In this document: positions 38,401 through 47,838 of the stretch, in pieces
Position numbering within the stretch: position 1 is the first letter of the stretch
Layout of the letters: each line of letters opens with the position of its first letter
From: an uncultured bacterium
Lineage (GTDB): Bacteria > Patescibacteriota > Patescibacteriia > CAIQCM01
Direction: 5' to 3'
DNA: 64,000 bases
Assembly: GCA_963708045.1 (NCBI GenBank)
Contig: OY970181.1
Coordinates: 779,537-843,536 of the forward strand
Notes under the pieces: model-generated
Told to the model about the DNA's origin: nothing
Database searches by the model: none
What the model saw: only the letters and a program-made list of their open reading frames with translations
Made by a program: the position numbers and the translations under genes

Positions 38401-41400
38401 TCACTAATTCGTCTCAGCCATACACTGGCTCAGCGCAGACTGCGACTGTCGCCTGTACAGGCGGAGGCGCCGCTACAATAAACACCGGTGGAACTGGCAC
38501 AAGCGCTGGTTCATACGCAACCACAGTTGATTGTGTTGCAAGCACAAACTACTCCGCCGCCACGGGACTTTCGGCGGGTGACTTCGTCATTTCCAAAGCA
38601 ACTCCAACTGCCTCCATCACCAACACACCCCGGTCATACAATGGTTCAGCTCAAACCGCGACTGTTGCTTGTTTGGGTGGAGGTGCCGCTACAATAAACA
38701 CTGGCGGAACTGGCACCAATGCTGGAACATACGCAACCATGGTTGATTGCGCCACAAGCACCAACTACTCTGCAGCCACCGGACTTTCAGCAGGGAACTT
38801 TGTTATTGAAAAAATAGCTCCAACTGCTTCCATCACTAATTCGTCTCAGCCATACACTGGCTCAGCTCAGAACCGCGACTGTTGCTTGTTTAGGTGGAGG
38901 CGTTGCCACGCTTGCGTCAGGTGGAACTGGAACTGATGCAGGATCGTATGCAGCTATAGTTGATTGCGCCACAAGCACCAACTACTCTGCAGCCACCGGA
39001 CTTTCAGCAGGGAACTTTGTTATTGAAAAAATAGCTCCAACTGCTTCCATCACTAATTCGTCTCAGCCATACACTGGCTCAGCGCAGACTGCGACTGTCG
39101 CCTGTACAGGCGGAGGCGCCGCTACAATAAACACCGGTGGAACTGGCACCAATGCTGGAACATACGCAACCACGGTTGATTGTGTTGCAAGCGCTAACTA
39201 CTCTGCAGCTACAGGACTTTCAGCAGGGAACTTCGTCATTGAAAAAATAACTCCAACTGCTTCCATCACTAATTCGTCTCAGCCATACACTGGCTCAGCG
39301 CAGACGGCGACTGTTGCTTGTTTAGGTGGAGGCGTTGCCACGCTTGCGTCAGGTGGAACTGGAACTGATGCAGGATCGTATGCAGCTATAGTTGATTGCG
39401 CCACAAGCACCAACTACTCTGCAGCCACCGGACTTTCAGCAGGGAACTTTGTTATTGAAAAAATAGCTCCAACTGCTTCCATCACTAATTCGTCTCAGCC
39501 ATACACTGGCTCAGCGCAGACTGCGACTGTCGCCTGTACAGGCGGAGGCGCCGCTACAATAAACACCGGTGGAACTGGCACAAGCGCTGGTTCATACGCA
39601 ACCACAGTTGATTGTGTTGCAAGCACAAACTACTCCGCCGCCACGGGACTTTCGGCGGGTGACTTCGTCATTTCCAAAGCAACTCCAACTGCCTCCATCA
39701 CCAACACACCCCGGTCATACAATGGTTCAGCTCAAACCGCGACTGTTGCTTGTTTGGGTGGAGGTGCCGCTACAATAAACACTGGCGGAACTGGCACCAA
39801 TGCTGGAACATACGCAACCATGGTTGATTGCGCCACAAGCACCAACTACTCCGCAGCAACAGGACTTTCGGCTGGAAACTTTGTTATTGAAAAAATAACT
39901 CCAACTGCTTCCATCACCAATTCGTCTCAGCCATACACTGGCTCAGCGCAGACCGCGACTGTTGCTTGTTTGGGTGGAGGTGCCGCTACAATAAACACCG
40001 GTGGAACTGGCACTAACGCCGGGTCATATGCGACCACGGTTGATTGCGCCACAAGCACAAACTACTCCGCAGCAACGGGACTCTCGGCAGGAAACTTTGT
40101 TATTGAAAAAATAACTCCTACAGCTTCCATCACTAATTCGTCTCAGCCATACACTGGCTCAGCGCAGACGGCGACTGTTGCTTGTTTAGGTGGAGGCGTT
40201 GCAACGCTTGCCTCAGGTGGAACTGGAACTGATGCAGGATCGTATGCAGCTATAGTTGATTGCGCCACAAGCACCAACTACTCTGCAGCCACCGGACTCT
40301 CGGCAGGAAATTTCGTTATTGAAAAAATAGCCCCAACTGCTTCCATCACTAATTCGTCTCAGCCATACACTGGCTCAGCGCAGACCGCGACTGTTGCTTG
40401 TTTAGGTGGAGGCGTTGCAACGCTTGCCTCAGGCGGAACCGGAACTGATGCAGGTTCGTATGCAGCCACCGTCAACTGCGCCGCGAGTACCAACTACAAT
40501 GCCGCCACCGGATTATCGGCAGGCGACTTCGTAATCTCTAAGATTGCTCCTACTGCCTCCATCACCAATTCGCCTCAGTCATACAACGGCTCAGCGCAGA
40601 CTGCGACTGTCGCCTGTACAGGCGGAGGCGCCGCTACAATAAACACCGGTGGAACTGGCACAAGCGCTGGTTCATACGCAACCACAGTTGATTGTGTTGC
40701 AAGCACAAACTACTCCGCCGCCACGGGACTTTCGGCGGGTGACTTCGTCATTTCCAAAGCAACTCCAACTGCCTCCATCACCAACACACCCCGGTCATAC
40801 AATGGTTCAGCTCAAACCGCGACTGTTGCTTGTTTGGGTGGAGGCGTTGCAACGCTTGCCTCAGGCGGAACTGGAACTGACGCAGGTTCGTATGCAGCCA
40901 CCGTCAACTGTGCCACGAGCACCAATTATTCCGCAGCTACTGGACTTTCGGCAGGCGACTTCGTTATCTCCAAGGCCACTCCAACCGCTTCCATCACCAA
41001 TACGCCTCAGCCATACACTGGCTCCTCGCAGACCGCGACTGTTGCTTGTTTGGGTGGAGGAGCTGCTACTCTCGTTTCCGGCGGAACCGGCACCAGTGTG
41101 GGGTCGTATGAAGCCTTCGTTAACTGTGCTGCCAGCGCCAACTATAACGCCGCCTCGGGGCTTTCGGCGGGCTTCTTCATTATCGGAACAGTAGCCCCCA
41201 CTGCCTACATTACCAACTCACCTCAGCTATACACCGGTTCAGCACAGACCGCTACGGTGGCTTGCACGGGCGGAGGAGTAGCCACTATCGCTTTAGGCGG
41301 AGTCGGCACTAACATCGGTTCATATCCGACCACTGTGAACTGCGCCGCAAGTCCCGGATACGAAGCGGCTACCGGCCTAGACGCCGGGAGTTTCGTCATC

Positions 41401-44400
41401 TCCAAGGCCACACCCACCGCTTCAATCATCAATTCGCCGCAGGTATACACCGGCTCCTCGCAAACTGCGACTGTCGCTTGTTTGGGTGGAGGAACTGCCA
41501 CGCTTGCCTCAGGCGGAACCGGCACCAATGCGGGAACATATCCTGCAATCGTCAACTGCGCTGAAAGCACAAATTACAATGCAGCCACAGGCCTCTCGGC
41601 AGGAAACTTCGTCATTGAAAAAATAACTCCAACTGCCTCCATCACCAACACGCCTCGGTCATACAACGGCTCGGCGCAAACCGCCACGGTGGTATGTTTG
41701 GGCGGAGGAACTGCCACGCTTGCCTCAGGCGGAACCGGCACCAATGCGGGAACATATCCTGCAATCGTCAACTGCGCCGCGAGCACCAACTATAACACCG
41801 CCTCGGGACTTTCAGCAGGCGATTTCGTAATCTCTAAGATTGCTCCGACCGCTTCCATCACCAATACACCTCAGCCATACACTGGTTCCTCGCAAACTGC
41901 CGCTGTCGCTTGTTTGGGTGGAGGAGTAGCAACGATTGCGACCGGTGGTACTGGTACTGATGCAGGTTCATACGCAACCACGGTTGATTGTGCTACGAGC
42001 ACCAATTACTCCGCCGCCACAGGACTCTCGGCCGGAAATTTCGTCATCTCTAAAGTAACTCCAACTGCCTCCATCACCAACACACCACAGTCATACAATG
42101 GCTCAGCTCAGACGGCCGTCGTTGCTTGTTTGGGTGGAGGCGCCGCTACAATAAACACGGGTGGAACTGGCACAAGCGCTGGTTCATACGCAACCACCGT
42201 TGACTGCGCCACGAGCACCAATTATTCCGCAGCTACGGGACTTTCGTCAGGGAACTTTGTCATCTCTAAAATTGCTCCAACAGCTTCCATAACCAACTCG
42301 CCTCAGTCGTACACCGGTTCGTCGCAAACGGCGGCCGTGTCTTGCTTGGGCGGGGGCGCTGCCACGATTAATACAGGCGGAACCGGAACTGACGCGGGAA
42401 CATATCCGGCCACGGTTGACTGCGCCACAAGCACCAACTACTCCGCCGCTACGGGACTTTCGGCTGGAAATTTCGTCATCTCCAAAGCAACTCCTACGGC
42501 TTCCATCACCAATTCGCCTCAACCATATACCGGCTCAGTTCAGACCGCCATCGTTGCTTGTTCGGGCGGAGGTGTTGCCACGCTTGCCTCAGGCGGAACT
42601 GGAACTGATGAAGGTACATATCCTACAATCGTCAACTGCGCTGAAAGCGCCAACTACTCAGCCGCTACGGGACTTTCGGCAGGTGACTTCGTTATTGGAA
42701 AAATAAACCCGACCGCTTCCATCACCAATACGCCACGGTCATACAACGGCTCAGCTCGAGACGGCGACTGTCGTCTGTACGGGCGGGGGCACTGCTACAA
42801 TAAACACTGGCGGAACTGGAACTAACGCCGGATCGTATGCGACCACAGTTGATTGTGCCGCAAGCGCTGGTTACTTCGCAGCCACGGGACTTTCAGCAGG
42901 AAACTTTGTTATTGAAAAAATAGCTCCAACTGCCTCCATCACCAACTCACCACGGTCATACACTGGTTCAGCCCAAACAGCGAACGTTGCTTGTTTAGGT
43001 GGAGGCACCGCTACAATAAACACCGGTGGAACTGGCACTAATGCGGGAACATACGCAACCACGGTTGATTGTGCTACGAGCACCAATTACTCCGTCGCCA
43101 CAGGACTCTCGGCCGGAAATTTCGTCATCTCTAAAGTAACTCCGACAGCTTCCATAACCAACTCACCCCAAACACACACTGGCTCGTCTCAAACTGCCGC
43201 GGTTTCTTGTTTGGGCGGAGGTGTCGCAACGATAAACACAGGCGGAACCGGAACTAATGCGGGAACATACGCAACCACAGTTGATTGTGCCACGAGCACC
43301 AACCACTCCGCAGCCACCGGACTTTCAGCAGGCGACTTCGTTATCTCCAAGGCCACTCCAACTGCTTCTATCACCAATTCGCCGCAGCTATATAACGGTT
43401 CGGCTCAAACGGCCGTCGTGTCTTGTTTGGGTGGAGGTGTTGCGACGCTCGCATCTGGCGGAACCGGCACTAATGCTGGAACATATGCCGCAGTCGTCAA
43501 CTGCGGCACAAGCACTAACTACTCCGCCGCCACGGGACTTTCGGCAGGAAACTTTGTCATTGAAAAAATAACTTCAACTGCTTCCATAACCAACTCGCCC
43601 CAAACATACACCGGCTCGGCGCAAACCGCGAACGTCGCTTGCTTGGGCGGAGGTGCCGCTACAATAAACACCGGTGGAACTGGCACTAACGCCGGGTCAT
43701 ATGCGACCACTGTTAACTGCGCCACGAGCACTAACTACAGCGCGGCCTCGGGACTCGCGGCGGGCGACTTCGTAATCTCTAAAGCGACTCCGACTGCTTC
43801 CATCACCAACACACCCCAGACATACACTGGTTCCGCTCAAACCGCGAACGTTGCTTGCTTGGGCGGAGGCGTTGCGACTCTTGCCTCAGGTGGAACTGGA
43901 ACTGATGCAGGTTCGTATGCGGCCACCGTCAACTGCGCCGAAAGTGCTAACTACTCAGCGGCTACAGGACTCTCGGCGGGAAACTTCGTCATCGGCGCTA
44001 CCCCAGTGGTAATCAGCGTTGCGGCAATACCCGGAGTCACGATCCCTGTGAGAGCAGTAACTCCAGTGTCAACTATAGCTGACACTGGTGAATACACCGC
44101 GACAATTACATGGTCGCCTGTAAGTAATCCATTTGCAGCAAACACCGTTTATACGGCAACAATTACGATCACGCCCAATGCGGGTTATACCTTAACAGGT
44201 ATAGCAAGTAATTTCTTTACAGTAGCTGGAACAAGTATTCCAGCTACAAATTCAGCAGGATCTGGGGTGGTCACGGCAGTATTTCCGGCGACGGGATCTG
44301 CGCCTTCTAGCGGTGGCGGTGGCGGCGGCGGTGGTGGCGGCGGGTATTATGTTCCACCACCAATCGCTCCGGTTGTTTCTGTTACGCCCCCTGTGTTGAC

Positions 44401-45070
44401 TCCGGCTCCGGTTGTTCCTGTTACACCCACCGAGACTTCTCCAACTCCAACTCCAGCTCCAGCGGTTTCTGATCAGGATAAATTCAAAAAGAATTTAACC
44501 TACCTCACAACGAACTCGGATATACGCGAGTTGCAAAAATATTTTAACGCAAACGGCTTCATAGTTGCATCAAGAGGCGCTGGTTCGCCAGGCAAGGAAA
44601 CGGATTATTTCGGCGATTCAACCTTAAGCACTCTCATTAAATTCCAAGAAGCAAATAAAGATAAAGTTGTTGGATTAATTGATGAAAAAGGATATTTTGG
44701 TCCGATAACTCGACAATTGATCAATACGATAATAATCACAAATCCAACTCCAGCTCCAGCGGTTTCTGATCAGGATAAATTCAAAAAGAATTTAACCTAC
44801 CTCACAACGAACTCGGATATACGCGAGTTGCAAAAATATTTTAACGCAAACGGCTTCATAGTTGCATCAAGAGGCGCTGGTTCGCCAGGCAAGGAAACAG
44901 ATTATTTCGGTGATTCAACCTTAAGCACTCTCATTAAATTCCAAGAAGCAAATAAAGATAAAGTTGTTGGATTAATTGATGAAAAAGGATATTTTGGTCC
45001 GATAACTCGACAATTGATCAATACGACAATAATCACAAATCCAACTCCAGCTCCAGCCCAGCAACCCTAA
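29470..45070 (+). CDS. giant (about 15.6 kb) cell-surface repeat protein gene, reading frame interrupted by four +1 shifts (near 33690, 38222, 38871 and 42757). It is either a pseudogene or an indel/assembly error in the repeats
   Basis: Signal peptide 'MKKVFGTILLVVLVLVGFLEHVPNASA' at 29470. The protein theme then continues without stops across frame 1 (to 33738), frame 2 (to 38287), frame 3 (to 38936), frame 1 (to 42825) and frame 2 (to 45070). Domains: a duplicated roughly 230-aa N-module, five Fn3-like roughly 97-aa repeats plus two Fn3 domains, a PHP domain, about forty 72-aa repeats, a poly-Gly/Pro linker and 2 x PG_binding_1. Confidence 0.7.
30229..31392 (+). repeat. four tandem roughly 291-bp Fn3-like repeats (a fifth copy at about 32383-32676)
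   Basis: Repeated 'PTVTASAAS.IT..GA.L.GNIT..GG..ATARGFHYG.T.SYGSTS.TSG.YGTG.Y.Q.I.GLTCNTLYHYRSFATNSGGTGTS'. Confidence 0.7.
33600..34130 (+). other. PHP (polymerase and histidinol phosphatase) phosphoesterase domain embedded in the giant protein, split by the first frameshift
   Basis: Frame 1 carries 'NLHGHTTNSDGAQT' (PHP motif I, D/N-L-H-x-H-T-x-x-S-D-G). Frame 2 continues 'YLNLGYSAAAITDHDYF' (motif II, AITDHD) with the expected spacing of about 27 aa. Later come 'NMEVFNSHYG' and 'LVANDDLHT' (the G-S-D-A-H-like motif). Confidence 0.55.
34700..43990 (+). repeat. about 40 tandem 216-bp (72-aa) repeats with two conserved Cys per unit (count estimated from length, not counted exactly)
   Basis: Unit consensus 'PTASITN[ST][PS][RQ][SP]Y[NT]GS[AS]QTA[TN]VAC[LT]GGG.AT[IL][NA][TS]GGTGT[NDS]AG[ST]YA..V[DN]CA[TA]STNYSAATGLSAG[ND]FVI[ES]K[IA]'. 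Several subtypes are present. There are long near-identical blocks, e.g. 38221 vs 38870 (period 649 = 3x216+1). Confidence 0.8.
44455..45036 (+). repeat. near-identical tandem duplication (2 x about 291 bp) encoding peptidoglycan-binding (PG_binding_1-like) domains
   Basis: 'PTPAPAVSDQDKFKKNLTYLTTNSDIRELQKYFNANGFIVASRGAGSPGKETDYFGDSTLSTLIKFQEANKDKVVGLIDEKGYFGPITRQLINT' occurs twice with only a few synonymous nucleotide differences. The pattern matches PG_binding_1 (L..G....DG.FG..T..A...FQ...GL..DG..G..T...L). Confidence 0.6.
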
Positions 45071-45095
45071 AACGAAGGGGACATGACCCTTCGTT
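45071..45095 (+). terminator. terminator-like hairpin of a recurring family (AACGAAGGG-GACATGA-CCCTTCGTT)
   Basis: Perfect 9-bp stem immediately after the giant gene stop. Related copies lie at 27527-27560 (with a T-run) and 28113-28140 (degenerate). Confidence 0.5.
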
Positions 45096-45145
45096 CATAA
45101 ACGCACTCATCCCGACGACCATCGGGGCGGTTAATCTTTATAAGT

Positions 45146-45175
45146 AAAAAGCACCACGCAAACGGTGCTTTTTGC
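45146..45175. terminator. rho-independent terminator hairpin
   Basis: 'aaaaagcacc' 'acgcaaac' 'ggtgcttttt' has a 7-bp stem with an A-run upstream and a T-run downstream. Confidence 0.55.
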
Positions 45176-45212
45176 GTAGGTATAAATGTCTCAAACTTTG
45201 GGCGAAGACATC

Positions 45213-45241
45213 TTGACTTTTTGCCGAAAAAATGCTTAAAT
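45213..45241 (+). promoter_or_regulatory. sigma70-like promoter TTGACT-N17-TTAAAT upstream of the GC-rich gene
   Basis: 'ttgact' at 45213-45218, a 17-nt spacer, 'ttaaat' at 45236-45241. The ATG is at 45300. Confidence 0.35.
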
Positions 45242-45299
45242 GCAACTTCTTCTGCCACAGCAATAACGCTCTTTTTATGCGGAAGAAAAAGGAAAAATC

Positions 45300-47126
45300 A
45301 TGATACGTAAAAGTAGCGATGGAAGGCGCGAAATCGTTCGCAGTATTAACGGAACGCCTCATGGCGGTCATTTGGAAACATTGGCCAAATTGGCTTTCGC
45401 GGTCATGCTGGTCGTGAACTTGCTGTCCTGGATGAATCAACGGTCTAAGCACGAGGTAGTCGCGACTCAGCACGGAGACATTGCGGCTTTGCACAAGGCC
45501 GAAGCGGCCTTTCAGACTTTTCAGTCCAAAGGAAATGCTTGGACGATTGATGATCTGGTCAACGTGCGAAACACACTCGTCACGATCCGCGATGCCGAGG
45601 GACACAGCCAGTCCGTAAGCACACGCATTGACGCGCTAGTTCAGGCCTCGGTCGGGAAAACTCTTGATGCGCTCAATAGTGCGGCGGCCGCATCTATTAC
45701 TGTGAAAGAAAGGATCGTTACTCAGGGTCGGGTGGAAAGGGTGCGAAGCGAACTGTTTTCTCACCCCCCATTTCAACCGGTCTTCGCGGGCGGTTTCGGA
45801 CATATTCTTTGGGCGCTGGCCAAGCTGGGCGGCAAGACCTACTTGCTGTTCATGTCGTTTGCGCTTCTCTGTTTTCTGGCGCGGGTATCAAGGAACCGGT
45901 TGTCACTCAGTGACGAATTGATGTTCGGGTTTCGGCGTCTCGCCGTTTCAACGGTCTTTTGGCCGGCTGGGATGTCCGAGTATCCGCGCGATACGGCCTT
46001 CGTGTTGCGTCGCCAGAAGATCGCCAAGGAATATTTGGTGCGGCATGGTAGAAGTGTTTGGGACTCGCTTACTGAAATGGATCAACGCGCCATTGACCGA
46101 CTGGTCATGCAGCCGCTCACTGAACTGCGTCAAAGTCTGGACGCGATTCGCGAACTCCCGTTCCGTCTCGTGCTCAAAGCCCGTCTCGCGTTCTGTGTCT
46201 CAGTGTTCGCGAGTTACATGCTTACGGTGACCACTTTCGGTCGCAGTACGGCTCATGCGGCGGAAAATACCGCGGTTACCGACGTGGCGGCGCAAGTCAC
46301 CACGCCTTCGCAAGATGCGCCGGAGGTTCCCCAACCGCTCAGTCTGAGCGGTTTTACGCAAGTTTCGGCGAACATGGAGAACGGCAACACCAAAGCCGAA
46401 CGCATGTTTATCCGAGGCGTTAGCGGCCCGTTCAAAGGACTAACTGTTAACTTAATGGGCAATGTCGTGAATCCGGCCTTGCTTATTGCTCAGGCAGTTT
46501 ACCGGCGCGGTTCAATTAGTGTCGGCGCCGGACAGATTGTCTACCCATCGGCGCTCCAGGTTCCTTCTCCGGACGGGCAAAGGATTATTGGCGGCCCGCT
46601 GTGTCAAAGTCTGATTCCTTTCTGGGGACTTGGCGCGGAAGTGCTCGGGGATCATGGGGTGGTTAAGTGGGGATTGGCGTATTTGTCCGAAACCGATCTT
46701 GGTGCACCAGGAGTCCGCAAACCGCGTTCGGCTCAAGCAGCGCTCTCTTTGCCAAAATTGGGACCATTTGGTTTACTGGTCACGGCAACCGTTGGCAAAG
46801 ATGACGCAGGAATACATGCCTATTATTCGGCAATGGCAAACCTCCATCTCGGCCCAGTTGATGTGGTTGGCAATGGCGTCCTCAACAAAGACGCGGGCGT
46901 CTTTTCCAAAGGAGTAACGGGTTTCCTCGGCTGGCATTTCACCCCGCATTTAGATGTTACGGGGCAATTCGACCGGCTCGAAGTTCCCAACGCTCCCGTG
47001 AATCAGCGCTTCGGGTTGCAAATCACTGCGCTTGGCTGGACAGATCGTCTGAGACTCGGAATCCTTGGATTCAGAAGCTCAGTCGCCGGCCTTGGTTCGC
47101 TCATGCGCTTGCAGTTCGCATTCTGA
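45300..47126 (+). CDS. hypothetical protein (608 aa) in a visibly GC-richer segment. The C-terminal third has beta-barrel/porin-like alternating hydrophobicity and ends in '...LQFAF'
   Basis: 1.8-kb ORF. Internal TM-like helices ('HILWALAKLGGKTYLLFMSFALLCFLARV'). C-terminal aromatic residue. GC is clearly higher than the flanks by eye (not computed). All competing ORFs are short. Confidence 0.4.
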   Translation: MIRKSSDGRREIVRSINGTPHGGHLETLAKLAFAVMLVVNLLSWMNQRSKHEVVATQHGDIAALHKAEAAFQTFQSKGNAWTIDDLVNVRNTLVTIRDAEGHSQSVSTRIDALVQASVGKTLDALNSAAAASITVKERIVTQGRVERVRSELFSHPPFQPVFAGGFGHILWALAKLGGKTYLLFMSFALLCFLARVSRNRLSLSDELMFGFRRLAVSTVFWPAGMSEYPRDTAFVLRRQKIAKEYLVRHGRSVWDSLTEMDQRAIDRLVMQPLTELRQSLDAIRELPFRLVLKARLAFCVSVFASYMLTVTTFGRSTAHAAENTAVTDVAAQVTTPSQDAPEVPQPLSLSGFTQVSANMENGNTKAERMFIRGVSGPFKGLTVNLMGNVVNPALLIAQAVYRRGSISVGAGQIVYPSALQVPSPDGQRIIGGPLCQSLIPFWGLGAEVLGDHGVVKWGLAYLSETDLGAPGVRKPRSAQAALSLPKLGPFGLLVTATVGKDDAGIHAYYSAMANLHLGPVDVVGNGVLNKDAGVFSKGVTGFLGWHFTPHLDVTGQFDRLEVPNAPVNQRFGLQITALGWTDRLRLGILGFRSSVAGLGSLMRLQFAF

Positions 47127-47140
47127 TAGCGAGTAACTTA

Positions 47141-47195
47141 ATCAGATCTTTAGCCTCCGACTCTCCTCCTAGATAACATCAAAGGGGAGAGTTTT
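47141..47195 (+). repeat. 55-bp direct repeat, copy 1, containing a terminator-like hairpin
   Basis: 'atcagatctttagcctccgactctcctcctagataacatcaaaggggagagtttt' is identical to 47654-47708. Internal stem 'gactctcc'/'ggagagt' followed by T's. Confidence 0.7.
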
Positions 47196-47313
47196 TTATT
47201 TGTTAAAAATGCTAATAATGCTGGCTGGACAAACGCGGGTGGGTAGTTGACAAATGTCATTTAAAATGGTACTAATTTGCCGTGTCGTGTTAGAAAAACA
47301 CAGGAGGTTCCGA

Positions 47314-47601
47314 ATGCGTACGCTCAAAGGTCTTTGTATTTTCTTTGTCGTGTCTTTGTCATTGTTTTCTGGGTGCGGAAGCAGCACCGGGATTGTCAAA
47401 TTGGACGACAATCTTTACATCACCAGTAAGACAGATATGATGGTTGGTTCAGGGACAAAACTCAAGATGTCGCTTTATCCTGGGGCGGTAGATTTTTGCC
47501 AGTCTATGGGCAAAAAGATGGAGGTTGTCTCAACTCAACAAAGCGACATGGATGAGAATAAGTCGTGGGCTGGAGCGGAGTTACAATTCCGTTGCAAATA
47601 A
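47314..47601 (+). CDS. small lipoprotein (95 aa)
   Basis: SD 'aggagg' 6 nt upstream of ATG 47314. 'MRTLKGLCIFFVVSLSLFSGC' is a signal peptide with lipobox. It lies exactly between the two 55-bp direct repeats. Confidence 0.55.
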   Translation: MRTLKGLCIFFVVSLSLFSGCGSSTGIVKLDDNLYITSKTDMMVGSGTKLKMSLYPGAVDFCQSMGKKMEVVSTQQSDMDENKSWAGAELQFRCK

Positions 47602-47653
47602 TCAGCACTATGACTGTCGTGGATTCCTTCACTGTCACCAAATAGTAGTTTCT

Positions 47654-47708
47654 ATCAGATCTTTAGCCTCCGACTCTCCTCCTAGATAACATCAAAGGGG
47701 AGAGTTTT
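47654..47708 (+). repeat. 55-bp direct repeat, copy 2
   Basis: Identical to 47141-47195. Confidence 0.7.
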
Positions 47709-47838
47709 ATATTAATTCTAAATGTCAATAATAGACACGACCCTTTATTTGATAGCTGTTAGCAAAGGCTGACAGCTATTTTGTTTTAAAATACTTACAT
47801 TTTCTTTTTATTCTACAAAAATGTTATAGTTAATAACT

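Noticed and set aside
36111-41194. Identical 69-aa Pro-rich ORFs 'MELAQALVHTQPQLIVLQAQTTPPP...' at 36111, 37407, 38488, 39569 (and a 181-aa one at 40649). Also many minus-strand Ala/Val/Pro-rich ORFs across 34100-44150.
   Set aside because: They are alternative-frame readings of the 216-bp coding repeats of the giant gene. Their identity only reflects nucleotide identity of the repeats, and their composition is non-protein-like.
29386-45070. CRISPR array suspicion because of highly regular repeats.
   Set aside because: The period is 216 bp with no short direct repeat/spacer structure, and the repeats are in-frame protein-coding units. No cas genes are present.
45138-45605. 155-aa minus-strand ORF.
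   Set aside because: It spans the terminator hairpin, the predicted promoter and the start of the GC-rich plus-strand gene. It is likely a chance ORF in GC-richer DNA.
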